Part shown: positions 38,124 to 52,160 of the stretch, piece after piece
Layout of the letters: every line of letters starts with the position of its first letter
Numbering within the stretch: position 1 is the first letter of the stretch
Assembly: GCF_006345805.1 (NCBI RefSeq)
Contig: NC_043001.1
Span: forward strand, 97,464,001-97,528,000
DNA: 64,000 nucleotides
Direction: 5' to 3'
From: Octopus sinensis
Lineage: Eukaryota
Notes under the pieces: generated by a model
Told to the model about the DNA's origin: nothing
What the model saw: the letters and a program-made list of their open reading frames with translations, nothing else
Databases searched by the model: none
Position numbers and translations under genes: made by a program

Positions 38124-38487
38124 GTTACTGCTGCTACTGCTGCTGTTGCTGTTGTTTTTGTATGCTGTGGACGTTTGCATCTCTTCAAATTTTCCCTTAG
38201 AGGTTATTCACCTCCATATTGTCCAAATGATAAAGCAAGAAAACGTTAATTAAGAAAACGTATAAAACAAACAAACTTCTTCGTAGAAATTTGTTTCAAT
38301 TAAAAAAAAAAAAATTCATGTTAATAGAAATTTGCTTCAAGTGTTAAAGATTCACAATGATTTGTTTGATACACCTATAAAATACAAACTGGCTCAAATG
38401 AAAAAAAGTAATAGGAAACAGAAACAATAATATCTAAAGAAAAAAGAAACATTCAACATAAACAACGACGTAGTCACTCTTAACAGT

Positions 38488-38507
38488 ATTCTTCTTCTTC
38501 TTCTCCT

Positions 38508-38539
<32 letters not shown>

Positions 38540-38560
38540 TTCTTCTTTTTATTATTATTA

Positions 38561-38594
<34 letters not shown>
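38488..38594. repeat. (TTC)n(TTA)n compound microsatellite
   Basis: Direct reading. Confidence 0.95.
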
Positions 38595-39142
38595 GAGTGG
38601 GAGAGCAGTGTATGCCATCAAAGTGATACTGGGGTAAAATATACGAAGCCCAGTACACCCATCATGACTACCCGACTGATAAGGGTACACAAGGCACGTG
38701 CATCACAACCATATGTGCACGACATGGTGAACTCATATGAAAATAAACATCGCAGGACATTGTAGGTGGTGCACAGTTAGAATTTTCTTCTGGTCGAGTA
38801 ACCCATCCCGATCAAAAGGTCTCTGAATAAGGATTGTTTAAGGTGGTTGAACGAACCACACATTTTTCCAAAGGTGAATTATTCAAACCTCCAAAAATTC
38901 CTTTCAACACAGAGCTATCATGCTCCTCCACTACTTCTGCTCGTAATCACAGATGCACATATCGTCAGCCACTAAGGGACATGGTCAACTGGTTAAGGTC
39001 AAACAACTGACAAGCAAATCTGTGGTATTGAGCAGAATATTTGCTGTAGCCCATCTTTTATACCACGACGAAACAATGTACATTCCAATCAGTTAAGATC
39101 AGAATCCATGAGAGCCACTGTTTGGTACAGCATCGGGGCAAC
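38595..39142. mobile_element. 548-bp non-coding element inserted within (TAA)n; probable non-autonomous retroelement
   Basis: Sharp boundaries against (TTA)n on both sides; complex internal sequence with no ORF; same flank architecture as the R4/Dong fragment. Confidence 0.55.
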
Positions 39143-39148
39143 TTATTA

Positions 39149-39207
<59 letters not shown>

Positions 39208-39247
39208 TATTATTATTATCAGTCGTCGTCGTCTTCTTCTTCTTCTT

Positions 39248-39311
<64 letters not shown>

Positions 39312-39312
39312 C
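39143..39312. repeat. (TTA)n(GTC)n(TTC)n(TTA)n compound microsatellite
   Basis: Direct reading. Confidence 0.95.
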
Positions 39313-39827
39313 TACGTAACTCAGTATAGGTAGAAATGGACTGGTGTCTTTAGTCATCTGTCAAGTAACATATTATTCTTATTGTTATTATTTTCATCAT
39401 CATTATCATTATTATTATTAAGTTGTTGTTGTTATGTTGCTGTTATTTTATAAATATTACTATTTTGATACTCAGGTAACACCAAGAGTTGTATGGGCAA
39501 TGAATGCAGTAGTAGTACCAGTAGCAGCTGCTTCTGCAGCAATATCATGTTAATGACTTCAGCAGAAACTTTTCAATATAATTAAGAATACCCATTCTCT
39601 TCCAAACTAGAAATATAATCTAATACTAACGCCAAAGGTTGCAATGTGCATTCCATAAAAATCAGAATTTCTTTTTCTTTTTTTTTTGGTTTTTAAATTT
39701 TCGAGAATTTTAAAAATATCTTTGAATCTCAAGTCTTTAGGCCTGAGAGCAATAAATGTAACATTTATTTTGTAGTTGTCAACAACTACACTGAAACACA
39801 CAGATAACAAATATGATAAATAACATT

Positions 39828-39992
39828 GATAATGCTATTGATGATGATGATGATGAAGATGATGATGATGATGGTACTGATGATGATGATGATGATGATG
39901 ATGATGTTGATGGTGGTGATGATGATGATGATGATGATGGTGGTGTTGGTGATAAGAAAGGAGGAGGATGATGATGATGATGATGGTGATGG

Positions 39993-40031
<39 letters not shown>

Positions 40032-40545
40032 CGATGGTGATAATGATAATGTTGATGGTGGTGGTTGTGGTGGTGGTGACCAGGATGATGATAATGATAA
40101 TGATGATGGTGCTGGTGGCGGTGGTGCTTCAGCTGCTGCTGATGATAGTGATAGTGATGGCGATGATTGTGGTGTTGATGATGGTAATGATGACGGTGAT
40201 GATGGTGGTGGTGGTGGGTGTAGTGGCGGTAGTAAGGATGATGTCAATGATAATGTTGACTTGATGAGATTAGTGATATCGCAAAAGAACGCAATATAAA
40301 AATATAGCGATAATAACAACAACAACAACAACAACAATAATAATAATAATAATAATAAAATAATAATAATTATAATGATAATGATGATGATTGCTATAAC
40401 AACAACTGTAATAACGATGATGGTGGTGGTGGTGGTGGTAGTGTTGGTGGTGCTGATGGTGATGATAATGACGGTGACGACGACGACGATGATGATGATG
40501 AAGACGACGACAACGACGACGATGATGATGATGATGACGATGTGA
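39828..40545. repeat. (GAT)n/(GGT)n/(AAC)n/(AAT)n trinucleotide low-complexity region
   Basis: Direct reading; source of the poly-D, poly-M, poly-S and poly-H ORFs. Confidence 0.9.
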
Positions 40546-42718
40546 AAATTGTTGGATTCGAAAATTAAGCATGAACAATTCTATCGAAGAGAAATGCAAT
40601 ACAATGTGAAAGAAAGCTCCGCGTTCATTGAAAGATTTGACATATTTCTTAGTATTCGTTATATTTGAGATTCCTATCGTAGAGAAAAGAGAGAAAAGAG
40701 ACAGAAAGTCTAGTATAACACATTCTACTTGACTTGCACTATATTTAAATCCGTAATAAATCGCAGGTATTAGGTACGTATAATGTATAATGCTTAGCAG
40801 TATGTCGTCCATCTTTACTCTCTATGTTTAGTGTCAGACATGGTTGACTGAACCTATCATTCTTTTGAACTCAATGAAGACAATGGTTCAACACAAGGGT
40901 CGATGTGATCGACCACATCTCTTTCACTGTAATTTCAAAGCCGTGTGTCTATAGCAGAAATAATAATAATTATTATTATAATTGTTGCAACTCCTGACAA
41001 CCGTTCTTAGGATAAACGTTGAAGTCTTGCAGAAGTAAGCTATGCGTTACAGACCTTCTCAGAAACAATTATGCTTATTTCAGGATTCCTGAATAAAAGG
41101 CAAGATGTTTACTGAAAATAATAGCAACAGAGATATATGTCGTTTTGGAGCTCCTAAGTTGTCGAAGTTTGCTGTTTTAAAGTATATTATTTTGGTTTTT
41201 GCTTTAGTATCTTGTCGATTAGCTAACCCGTATCTCCTGACAATAGTTGGGTTTGTCAAATTTGTTTCCTTTTATTACATCTGCCTTGGAATCATTGAGT
41301 CTAAATTTTCGGCAAATAGTCAGGAGGGTGAGACCAATGATTGGAAGATCTGTTTTGACTCTGCGTTCCCAACTTTCATATAATGTCCTAACCTTGCTAT
41401 CAACCTCATTGATTTAAACAGCAGATCCAACAAATGTAACAACAGAAACAAGAAAAATATGAACGAAAACAAAATGAATAACAAGGAATATAAGAACAAA
41501 AAGGATATCGAACGCGAAAAAAAACCGAACATGAAGAATAAGAAAGCAAAAAAAAAAAAAGTCAAACTGTTGTGTTAACACACTTGAATATTCCATGGCT
41601 GCTGCCACCAGCACAAACAAATAACGCCAATGCAAATAAAAATAAAAATTCGGGGTTTGGTCGAAAGTTCCACCGAATCTTTAAAAAAAAAATAGAGACA
41701 AAAATAAACAACCACCTGATAATTAAAAGAATTAAAAGCTGCGTTAATGTACGAAGCCAAAACGAATGTTGCACTCAACATGCCTGTATCCATCCTTTAA
41801 GAAAACCTATAACGGAAATGTCTTATACAAATATTTTGCAATAAAATATAGAGGTGAGGTGCAAATTAAAAAGTACCAGAGATTATTCGGAGGCACCAAA
41901 ACATAAGTGTCCAGAGAAGAAGTACCCCCTAGCAAGACCACGAAGTGTCATAACAGTTTCAAAGAGATACTAACTTGTCCTCTTATCAAAATATTTTGGT
42001 CGTAGTGGAGTGAAAATAAAAACAAAACAAAAACAGTTAAGGTGTCTCTAGAAATAAAATACCTGCTGCTTGTTTGCGTCTGTCTGCCTTGATCTTGTTG
42101 TAGGGAATTAGCAATAATGGCACACCTCTCCCACGGGTGGAGTAGAATGACTATAAGTAAGGTTTCGCCGGCCTGTATAGGGGAGCACGTGTCAGACTGT
42201 GTTGATAGTCGTGTGTTACTGAGCTAATAACTATGCTGTGATACCCAATGTGGGCGTTATAATAATGCAACATTTTAATGATATAACTGATATAGAGAGG
42301 AAACTAATATTCTTCAGATCCAGACGTTGGAGAAGCAGAACTGACAAACAAAGGATTGGAGCTATTGATCCAAACGGATCACCAAATCGTTTTATCCATT
42401 CCGGTCTTGATGAATCTACTAAACGGCATAACACAACATTGTTTCATCATACAGGTGTCATCTCGTGAGACTTGTGTGATAACACGAACCATCTCATGAT
42501 TTTATGTTCCCAGCAAACAAGGTGAGAAAGGAGACCACTTATTGCGAGACCATCATCACAGGAGCAACAATACGAACAACAAAAATAGCACAGCAGCAGT
42601 GCCGAGCGCCAACAGTCTCAATGATAGCAAGTGTAAAATCAGCAACAGCGAAAACAGTAGTAACATCAGCGACTGCAACCATAGGAACAACGGCAACAAA
42701 AATAGTCGAAGACGCAAC

Positions 42719-43754
42719 AACAAAAGCAAGATAACCGTCAACGGCCAGGATATCACAGACACCAACATGAGCAACAGCAATAAAACTCTTAAAACAACTA
42801 TATTAACAACTTGACATCAGCGCAAGACAATCATTCTGAAAACATACATCACAATACCATATCCACCGGCGACGTTGACAGGGGCTACACTAAAAATGCA
42901 GACAGTAAAATTGGAAAAAGATGAACGAAACGAAGCGAAAAGTGCCTGTCCCATTTCAAAAGAAAGAAACACAGACACACTCACATACACATACACACAC
43001 AAGACAAAACTGCGAGATGTAAACATCCCAACAGTACAACTCCGAACAGCAACTAGATCTTTTTAGACCCCATGCTGTTATGAATGACCATGAGATTGCA
43101 CCTAAAATGTTACCTTTCGAGGCAGAAACCAAAGTTGTTTATGGAAGACCAGCAGTCGCCCGTACATACCAGCCCCGCTTCTCCTCACAACGGATTTTGA
43201 CCAAGGGAATGTCCAATACAGCTTGAAACCAACAAAAGCAAGATAACCGTCAAGGGCCAGTATGTCACACATACCAACATCAGCAACAGCAATAAAACTC
43301 TTAAAACAATTATATTAGCAACTTGACATCAGCGCAAGACAATCATTCTGAAAATATACATCGCAATACGATATCCACCGGCGACGTTGACAGGGGCTAC
43401 ACTAAAAATACAGACAGTAAATTTGGAAAAAAGATGAACGAAACGAAGTGAAAACTGCCAGCCCCATCCCAAAAGAAAGAAATAGAGGCACACACACACA
43501 CATAGACACACACACAAGGCAAAACTGGGAGATATAAACAACGCCCAACAGTACAATTCCGAACAGTAGCTAGATATTTTTTGACACCCTGCGGTTATAA
43601 ATGACCATGAGATTGCATCTAAAATGTTACCTTTCGAGACAGAAACAGATTTTTTTTTATGGAAGACCAGCAGTCGCCCCAAAATACTAGCTTCCCTCTC
43701 CTCACCTCCGATTTTGTCCAAGGGAAAGGAAAAGTCCAATACAGTTTGGAACCA
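42719..43754. repeat. Tandem duplication, 512-bp period, two diverged copies
   Basis: AACAAAAGCAAGATAACCGTCAA starts at 42719 and 43231; paralogous ORFs 42817..43026 and 43329..43766 share TVCIFSVAPVNVAGGY. Confidence 0.9.
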
Positions 43755-43893
43755 GTGACTTCGCAAGTTATTTCTATAGCTGAGTGAACTGCAACAACAT
43801 TGAATAACGTGTCTTACTCAATAATACAACACAACCCGGTTCGAGGAGTCAACTCAGAACCTCATGATTGTGACACCGACGCTCTAACCACTG
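43580..43893 (-). mobile_element. SINE (family C-related); its 3' half is also present at 43070-43230
   Basis: Minus head GGAGGTGGCTCAGTGGTTAGAGCGTCGG; GAACTGCAACAACATTGAATAACGTGTCTTACTCAA resembles the family C core. Confidence 0.6.
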
Positions 43894-44500
43894 AGCCACC
43901 TCCTTTCCCTAGACCAGTGTCATCAAAACCATCTTCCCTATCACCACCACTACCATGACCACCACTTTCTCGGGTATCGAATATTGTCACTTGACTCGAA
44001 AGCACACAGTTGCCGACCGAGCAACTTCTTAACCATACGTCCACCCCTGTTAATAAACTTATGCACGTATATAAGTGGATTTATGTGCATATATGTGAGT
44101 GAGTAAATTTGAACATGAGCATGTGTAATTATAATTCTTTAAGTTTTCATATACCAGAAAAAGGTTACTGGTGTTAACAATTCGAGAGTTTTTAAAACGA
44201 AATGATGTTAAAAGAAACAGATTTTTCACTAGTTTATATTTCTCTAAAACGTTTCGGGTACCATTTCTGATTGAAAATATCTTCAAAATCATCATATATT
44301 TTTCGTGTAATTGGATTGATACTTTAATTGGAATATATGTGTTTCCGATATAACTTATTCAAATCTATAATTGGTCTCCTTTGTCTTGAAAATCTCCAGC
44401 CTATGGAAAGCGGAATATAATAGCTGCCAAACTAACTGTGTTAAATTTTGAGTCTGAAAAATACTATGAGACCAAGCAAGTCCTTCAGAACATACGAACG

Positions 44501-44504
<4 letters not shown>

Positions 44505-44532
<28 letters not shown>

Positions 44533-44870
44533 CATACATACATACATACATACATACATACATACATACATACATACATACACATATACATACATAAATA
44601 CATACATGCATGCATACATACAAATGAATATATATATATATATATGTATATATATATGCATATATATGTGCATATATATGTATATATGTATGTATGTATA
44701 TATGTATATATATGCATGTATATATGCATACATATATATACATATATATATATGTATATATATATGCATATAAATGTGCATATATATGTATATATGTATA
44801 TATATGCATGTATATATGCATACATATATATACATATATATACACGCATATTTATATACATATATATATA

Positions 44871-44916
<46 letters not shown>

Positions 44917-44920
44917 TATA

Positions 44921-44955
<35 letters not shown>

Positions 44956-44990
44956 TATGTGTGTGTATATACAACATTACAATTACTTAT
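44505..44990. repeat. (CATA)n and compound TA microsatellite
   Basis: Direct reading. Confidence 0.95.
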
Positions 44991-46216
44991 ATATGTGTCT
45001 TGTGTACAAATTTGCACGTGTGTGTACATATGTGTATTTGCTGATGCTGCATTCCAATTAGATTCTGTTTTATACAACAAATAATTTTGGTACGCATGCC
45101 AAATAAGATCATTAGACATTGAAAATAAATGTTCTCATATAATAAAGCGCACAGTCGCATAGATTTCTATTAGAACATTTCAAAACTGCATAGAAATCAA
45201 TTGTTGATAAATAGTATATCTAAATTGGGTATAATATCAGGCTCCTCATTGGGTTTCGTTACTTTTACAACTGAATTAATTATTTCCTCATATAAACATT
45301 TACTTATTTTTACATATAGACTTATCTATGTATCTTATATATGAATGTATATACACACAACACACACACATGCCCATACACATATATATGTATTCGTAAG
45401 CATGTTTATATGAAATCAATCAATGATGATGAACCGGATGTCCACGGATACTATGGATTACATTGTAATCATCCCTGCAATGTGGACTGTGATCTTAAAG
45501 TCCCTATTATTTGTAGAAACGCGTGTATCGATGCATTAAGTGTTTATAAATTCTATCCTAGGATTATGGTTGTTGTTATAATATTTATCCCACATTATAT
45601 CGGTATAAATTGATGCGGCCCCCTAAAACTGGTTCGCTATTTAACCTCATTGGATGGTGGCTGGAATGAAGGGAGAGCAGCTGTATTTGCATATTCAAAA
45701 TGTTACTTTAAACAAATTTATTATATATGAGGTCATTAAGATTGAAATGTCCGATTTTAAAATTACTAGACATTTCTAAATGAATAAGCATTTGTCGTCA
45801 TTAATACTGTTTTTCAAAACACATTAAGTTTTACGCTTGATGACAACCCCTTGGTCAAATCTCTGAGTTTATATTCTGAACATTCTGAATGCTTCGAGCT
45901 CCATTTTGTATTTATAACATTAAAAACCTTAAGATTGAATTTTCTGTTATTTATATAATGATCTGTGTACCCTGACAAAAAAAAAATACCGTAAGCGATG
46001 AAAGAAAAGCCATTAGCATTAATCTGACTTTCAAAGTGATATATTATATGAATATATTTTATAAAAGTTCCCTCCGAAACGACCATCCAATTTTAATAAT
46101 ACATACACACATACATACATAGATATATGCACACACACATACACATATTATATATATATATATACATATACATATACATACATATATATATATATGTATA
46201 TATATATATATGTATG

Positions 46217-46298
<82 letters not shown>

Positions 46299-48744
46299 CT
46301 GCCTACTATCTTTATCATGCATCAGATATTTCGTCTGTAGTTGCTAGCTTTCTCTTGCTGGATAGGAAATGCATAAATTTGAAACTGGCTGTTAATATAT
46401 TGATTTTTTGGACTAAGATACATAACAGAGTTTGTTTGTATTACTGCCACACAGAAGCATTCGAATAACATTCACCAACTTCTCCTTTTACTGATACGCA
46501 TAATGGTATTTATAGGAATTTATATTACAACTACGCCATGTAACGTATCTGTGTGTGTGTCGTTGTTCATCAGTCAGGGAATAGTTTTCGACGACCTCCT
46601 TATTTGCCTGGTTACAATAGTATTCGAGTTTTGATATATATCGTCCGGGTCTTATCTATTATCTCATCACGTAGCCTGGATTTTGGTATTACCACTGTTA
46701 CAACTTACACACTGTGTAACACTGAATTATGAGGAGAGTTCTGATAACGCTCTCTGTTTATCGGTTGTTATATTCCACTACTACAAGCCGATTGTGGCAT
46801 ATATTTCCTTCCGTATTGAAGTACATGTAGCGTTCTCATCGGGTGTCACGAAATAGTCCCGGGCTTGATACATGGGTTTCTATATTGGTTTGTTGCATTC
46901 TTTTCCTTGACGTTCAATGGAATGATTTAAGCTGTTTCGTTTCGCGAAGATATGCGAGCAAAATCTACTTCTGACAACCGTTCTTAGGATAACCGTTGAA
47001 GTATTGCAGAAGTAAGCTGTGCATTACTGACCTTCTCTGAAACAATTATGATTATTTCAGGATTCCTGAATAATAGGCAAGATGCTTACTGGAAATAACA
47101 ACAGCAGCAAGGAGAAACAAACATCATGCAGTACTATCAGAACAATATGTGCCCATCACGATAAAATGATTTCTTAGATATAAGATCAGTATTAATATCT
47201 ATGAAAATTGCTCCGCTTGAAAAGCTTCTATTATCTATGTGCGGAGAATGCAATCAAATTACTTATTGTAATCCAGATAGTGCTAATTTTCGCTCCTCCT
47301 GTGTTATTGGATTTTTGCTTTATTTTCATTTGGTGTTGTTCAGCGCTTTCTGAAGTTCACGGTGACCTTAGGCAAGAGGCTGTAGATAAGGTATAAATTA
47401 AATTCTAGCATGCAATTGGTCGGTAGTTTTCACTGCGTGAATATTACTTTATAGTGTGTGCATGATTGGGAGTGCGTGTATACGTGTATCTGGTCTGTTA
47501 TGCTAAACAGCTAGAATATTTCTATCTGGATTTCTAGTAAAGATCGATAATGCATCCCAAAACGCGGTTAGTTTCTTTCTTTAAAATGCAGCATTCGACG
47601 ATCGTCTCTGTTCCAAATGCTTGTATATCCTCAATTCTCCTGTCACAGCGACAAGAATATCACCTTTGACACTACGATTTTGGTGTAATACAGGAGCAGT
47701 ACATGTATCTCATTTTTAGCTTCAATGCATTCCGTTTAGCTCCTTTTTCTAACAACACATTTTGTTCTATAGAAATGAAGTGATATCTTGCAAAATGGCT
47801 CTGTGACATTTATTGATTGTCCTCCCGTATCTCAGCAAAGTGTTGTTCCGATCCTATTTCCTAATGTTGGATTTCCTCCGTCAGATTCTTAAAATTCTGA
47901 TCTAGGGTGATAAACTGCTCCTCATACATATACTATACGCATACATTTACAGGTGTCGATTATCTTCACAAAATGTATAGCCTTCTTCAGATTTAGGACT
48001 GTTGTTTTATCTGGTTTTCAACTCCATATTGGTACTCTTTAATTCTTTTCTATTTTCTGTTATATCTTTAGGAAACTCAGTAGTAATTTTGCAGAAAGCT
48101 TGTAAACAAACGTTTCTTTATTTTCAAGAACTATTTGATATTCCTCGTTTGAAATTATTTACTCCTAATTTCGGTTATCACAATACACGTTAATCTGGGT
48201 TTCGTATTAATATTAATGAAGTATAGGATGTCTTGTAGATAACATTCCAAAAACTAAAAATATTTTCCCCTTAAACATTTAATAGTAATCACAAATTCAC
48301 GGACACCATGGGTTGACAGGGCAGCATTAGAGTGACATAGCATACTGTAGTGGCAGCCTTCCCCATTAAATGACATCCTTTATATTGACGCATTTGTTAT
48401 AGGTTAATTTTTCATGGTGTTATTAATGTTTAATTAGTGGAAACAAATTTGCATTCATAAACACTACCAATGCTTTTATCACGTGCTAATCTTTAGAACA
48501 ATTGTCTCGCCGTGAAAAGATTTATCTATAGCAGATCTTCGTTCTTCTATATCTCAGTTGTATTCGTATACATAAATTACTGACATTTTCTTCAACATTT
48601 CATGACAAATAATTAGGCACTTTTACCAGATGTCCAGATAAAAGATCACTTTTAATATTTGTTTCTTGCGTTCGTTTATAAAATTACCGCACCTTATGAA
48701 TCTAAAACCATTTCACGAAATGCTTGCTTCCGAGTCTACGTGTA

Positions 48745-48748
48745 TATG

Positions 48749-48798
<50 letters not shown>

Positions 48799-48813
48799 CT
48801 ATATATCTATATA

Positions 48814-48878
<65 letters not shown>

Positions 48879-48960
48879 TATATATATATACACATATATA
48901 TATATGTATATATATATACACATATACATATATATGCGTGTGTATGTGTGTCTGTGTATG
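48745..48960. repeat. TA-rich microsatellite
   Basis: Direct reading. Confidence 0.95.
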
Positions 48961-49799
48961 TATAAGAATATGTATATAATCTTTTATACATACATGCACA
49001 CATACACACACTCCTCTCTCTCTCACACACACACACTCATATATTTATATCATTATATATCTACGCATGTAAGTAGAAAGGTAGACGGGTTTGTACTTAG
49101 TGCGATGCATATCTGTGTATATGTGTGTGTGAATGTGAGTGTGTGTATGTATTTATGTCTATGTATGTGTGTATGAGATAGAGAGAAGGCGAGAGGGAGA
49201 GAGAAACTGTTGCTGCCTTCCTGCCATCCAATTAGTTTCAGTTTCAAACAGCAAATAATTTTGGTACATGCGCCACATATAAAGATCATTAGTCATTCAA
49301 AATAAATCTTGTGAGACGCTCAAAAATACAGACATTGAGACTTCTAATAGATTTCAAAACTAAGTATAAAATATATCAATTGTGTGTAAATAATAATTCT
49401 AAATTGAGTATACTATTACACTCGGCATTAACGTTTCCGTTATATTCACACGTTTTAATTACGTCATTATGAACACAAAAACAGACACACTTTTATAAAC
49501 GCAAACGTGCAGACACACACATAGACACACAGAGACACACAAACACTCAGCATATATACGTGTCCGTATATCATGTGTGCGCGTGTTCATAGACGTGAAT
49601 ACGCATAAATATCGTGTACGTATAAGTGTATGTAAGAATGTGTGGGTGCATCTTGAAATCCTCCATCCTCCATACGCACACTCATACAGACATAGGCGCA
49701 CATTTACACTCATCTATACCGGTGTAAGTATACATTTTGTTAATGAGATACGGTAGATGGAAGATACGGACATTTATATTAATCACTACATTTCATTAC

Positions 49800-51165
49800 G
49801 CGAAAAAAACAGCCTCAGTAAACTACAAGATAGGATCCCCCTCCAAAGGATGGCTCCTTCACAGACAGTCCAACTAAGATCAGTGAGATACTGAATGACC
49901 AGTTCAAAAGTCTCTTTACCAATCCGTTGGAACACAGACAAGTGAACGAACCAGTGGTCTTCTTTGCCCCCTCACCTATAACCAGTTAGGCGGTTACAAT
50001 GGAATACATCGACATTAGCGAAGAAGATATAATACTAGCCATCAAATGAGGGCATAATATACCTTGATTTTGCAAAAGCTTTTGACAAGGTGGATCATAG
50101 TATGATATGCCTCAAACTGCGTGACCTTGGCATAGCTGGAAAACTTGGAGAGTGGTTACATGACTTCCTGAAAGATAGGAGTGAGGCAGTAGTGGCTAAT
50201 AGAGTCACTTCTATGGACACACAAATAGTGAGAATGTTATATAGGGCACTGCCTTGGGACCGCTGCTTTTTATAGTGGCCCTCTAAGGTATGCCCGTATA
50301 GCCACGCTTGCAAGCTATGCAGATGATGCGAAAGTCACGCAGAAAATACAGAACCCCAACGATGTTGCAGACCTGCAGATTTACAGATGGGCTGAGGATA
50401 ATAATATGCAGTTTAATGCTGATGAATTCCAAACCCTGCGCTACCAGCATCCAAAACTGAATATGAATCTTACAGGCTACACCGGTCCACAGGGATGTCA
50501 GTGAGGGACCTGGGTATCGACATGAGTAATGATACCTCTTTCCAAGCGCATATTACCAGGATACGACTGGTTGGATGGATCCTAAGAACATTCAGAACCA
50601 GAGATAAGGAAGCCCTGATGGTCATCTGGCGGACATGCGTCCTCAGCCACCTGGATTACTGCTCACAGCTATGGTTACCCACTAGTGTGAAATTAACAGC
50701 GGACCTTGAAACAATCCAGAGAAGATTAACAAATAAGATCGTCTCTCTGCCACAGCTCAGCTACTGGGAAAGGTTGAAACAACTAAGACTCTACTCCCTG
50801 GAGAGAAGACTGGAGAAGTATGCAGTAATATATATCTGGAAGGAATTGTGCCAAATTTTGGCATTGAAAGCTACACCAATGCCAGAACGGGACGACACTG
50901 CATAGTGGCAAAGGTCCCAGCAATGACATCACGTTTCAGGACGAGTTACTGCAACTCGTTTCAAGGGCCCACAACTTTTTAATATTCTCCCAAAGAGTCT
51001 GAGGAACTTGCAAGAAGTAGATGTAGGGGTTTTTAAATCAAAGCTGGACCTCTTCCTGTCGAGAGTCCCAGATGAACCGACCTCACTGCAGGATGTGCAA
51101 AAGAGAGTAGCTATATCAAACTCTATGCTTCACCAAGTGCCACATATTAGAGGAGGCTCTTAGTA
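49800..51165 (+). mobile_element. CR1/L2-group LINE ORF2 fragment (RT), internally deleted, tail missing
   Basis: IYLDFAKAFDKVDHSMICLKLRDLGIAGKLGEWLHDFLKDR at about 50055; YADD at 50316-27; VRDLGI...LDYCSQLW...YSLERR (ORF 50495..50905); same family as 790-1543. Confidence 0.9.
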
Positions 51166-51379
51166 ATAAGAGTGATTCTCATGAATTTTATTCATAGAAA
51201 TGTGCGTAATACACATGAAACGCACTCTCCCTCAAACTGTGTACAGCACTATATTGTTTTTTGCAATAGAGATTTAGTGAGGCTTTAATCTTGAGTAGGT
51301 ACGTACATAAATACATTCTAATATTTTGTTATAGGTACGTAGTAACTACCCACCTACATACCTACATACATATGTATAT

Positions 51380-51480
51380 ATGTGTGTTTATGTACGTATC
51401 TATATATATATCTATATATTTATATCTATGTCTTTGTATGTAAGTATGTATCTATCTATCTATCAATCTATCTATCTATC

Positions 51481-51539
<59 letters not shown>

Positions 51540-51836
51540 GGAGAGAGAGAGAGAGAGAGAGAGAGCAAGACAGGCACACGCACACTCGCATACATACGCA
51601 TACATATACTCAATTACACACAGAAATCCCACCACTAATCTAAGTATCAAATTCTGCATTTAGCTTTGAAAAATTTTGCTAATTAAGCAGTATATATAGG
51701 CCACCCGAAGTCAGAAATATATATTCAAATCATATGTCATTTCAAATTAAATTTTCGGAGACATTCGTGGTACACGCGCTCGCACACACATGTACACACA
51801 CACACACACACACACATACACACACATATATATACC

Positions 51837-51887
<51 letters not shown>

Positions 51888-51924
51888 ATGTACATATATA
51901 TGCAGATATGTAAGTATATATTCT

Positions 51925-51955
<31 letters not shown>

Positions 51956-51967
51956 GCATATGAAGAC

Positions 51968-52022
<55 letters not shown>

Positions 52023-52058
52023 ATATATTATATATATATATATGCATATGAACACATG

Positions 52059-52138
<80 letters not shown>

Positions 52139-52160
52139 CACATATATATATACACGTATA
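51380..52160. repeat. Compound microsatellites (TCTA, TC, TA, GA, CA)
   Basis: Direct reading. Confidence 0.9.

Noticed and set aside
39786-40812. Long ORFs (poly-D, poly-M, poly-S, poly-H)
   Set aside because: Open in several frames on both strands because of GAT/GGT trinucleotide repeats; no complex coding sequence.
41840-41990. Mariner-TIR-like starts here and at about 24953 and 56598
   Set aside because: No matching second TIR or transposase sequence found.
42504-42814. Overlapping T/N/S-rich ORFs
   Set aside because: Degenerate (AAC/AGC)n tract open in multiple frames on both strands.
46560-46610. CTGATGA near GAAA on minus (also 5500-5540, 11420-11455, 26655)
   Set aside because: Required stems do not pair, so these are not hammerheads.
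47200-48200. Possible RTE-like LINE C-terminal remnant on minus
   Set aside because: Similarity too weak to support without alignment.
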